A stretch of 64,000 nucleotides of DNA from Candidatus Bathyarchaeota archaeon (lineage in GTDB: Archaea > Thermoproteota > Bathyarchaeia > Bathyarchaeales > Bathycorpusculaceae), in contig CAVYXJ010000009.1 of assembly GCA_963772455.1 (NCBI GenBank), forward strand, positions 32,001-96,000, written 5' to 3'. Of this stretch, positions 62,902 to 64,000 are shown piece after piece (within the stretch, counting starts at the first letter, position 1; the number at the start of each line of letters is the position of its first letter). The position numbers and the translations under genes were made by a program. The notes under the pieces were generated by a model, which was given only the letters and a program-made list of their open reading frames with translations, did not search any database and had not been told where the DNA came from.

Positions 62902-64000
62902 TTAGACTGCTCCAACTAAGAAAACCAGGAGCAAAACAACTGCGGCTAATGAAACAGCAGATAAAACAATTCTTTTTACCATGGAAAACTCTGGTTTGAG
63001 TTCTCCTACGATTATGGCACCCACTGCTCCCAGCCATACGTAAGATACTATGAACATTCCTGAAACTATGGTTCTGAAAGTCAATGTTGCTGCATCAATG
63101 TTGTTGAAGATTGTTGTTGACATTGCGGGAAGTGTTTTTAGTGCTTCAACTGGGTAATAAAGCGCTGCGTATGGATCAAAACGTACGCCTAACGATAGAT
63201 CAAACGGATAATATACAGGGGGCAAAGCAAACGTTGCTACTAAGTTAACTATTGAACGAATAACCATAATAACCAATGCAAAGCCAAAAGCTACAAAAAG
63301 AGGTTTCCAAAGCACCTGGCTTTTCAGAAGTCTACAAATCAAGTAAATGAAGCCCGTTAATATGAACCAAGTGAAAATAAACTGTAACGAAAACAACTGT
63401 AGAAATTGTAGAAGGATACCGGTGCTATTGTATTGGACCGGTGTGAGATACTGTCCATGAAAGAATAAGGCTCCAACATGTAAGTTAACATTTGTATTAG
63501 ATGGATAAGTGAAATCCAGCTTTAAGGATGTAATGTTATTCCAAGTGGGATTACCATTAGCTTTCCAACCAGCAGAGTTGGGTCCAAGAGTAAGTGAAAG
63601 GTTGTTCCATTGACCAAGTATTGAACTGTTTGATAATTGAGGCGTTAAGTCAAATTGGTATGAGTCAGTGTCTCCAAGTGAGTATAAGGTTATTGTTGCG
63701 TTTTGAGGAGCATAACTTCGGGCTGAAGCTGCTTCAAGGTGATTGAGAGATTCTGGAAGCCACTTGTGCTGCAGTCAACATTGAATAGGTTACCTAAAGC
63801 CGCTGTTACACTATTAGTATTTGTGGCATTAATTTGCAGACTGCTGTTACCAAAGAGGCTATAGTAAGCATTCGAATCTGTAGGTGGAAGTCCAAAACCT
63901 GCAACGTAAATACTGTAATTAAAATAATCATCAAAATTGTTAGTTAACGCAACATTTTGACTGCTTCTCCAGACTGAAGCATTGGTAAAAGTTGGCAACT
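62902..64000 (-). CDS. Yip1-like membrane protein with an extracellular insertion; partial, frameshift near 63710
   Basis: Repaired frame PQNATITLYSL...GNPTWNNIT...GALFFHG runs into the TM-rich ORF 63396-62902; 5' end lies outside the window. Confidence 0.65.

Noticed and set aside
1-64000. CRISPR array, tRNA/rRNA, IS element or integrase
   Set aside because: No regularly spaced direct repeats, cloverleaf, transposase ORF or terminal inverted repeats recognised by eye

Overview
Archaeal chromosomal window, low-to-moderate GC, most consistent with Bathyarchaeia. The evidence for that is an archaeal histone, three paralogous PQQ-like beta-propeller surface proteins, PEF-CTERM-like anchored proteins, a tandem Lrp/AsnC regulator, a single-OB SSB and GGTGA/GAGG ribosome-binding sites. 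Recognisable genes: clpB (very bacterial-looking), sudAB/nfnAB-type flavoprotein pair, uvrB-uvrA-uvrC, arsM with an AbrB-fold HgcC-like gene and a divergent arsC, a B12 radical SAM enzyme, PIG-V-like and Egghead-like glycosyltransferases, a phytoene-desaturase-family oxidoreductase and a 2,329-aa surface protein. About ten genes are split by single frameshifts, nearly all +1 insertions, most likely long-read errors. No rRNA, tRNA, CRISPR array or IS element was seen. The most striking unannotated element is an 18-aa lysine-rich micro-ORF (MAKKPAKKEVKKAPAKKK). It has its own TATA box, SD and T-rich terminator and is transcribed back-to-back with a variant archaeal histone (H49Y, G51K), making it a candidate trans-encoded histone tail or minimal linker histone. 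All family assignments are from motif recognition, not database searches.
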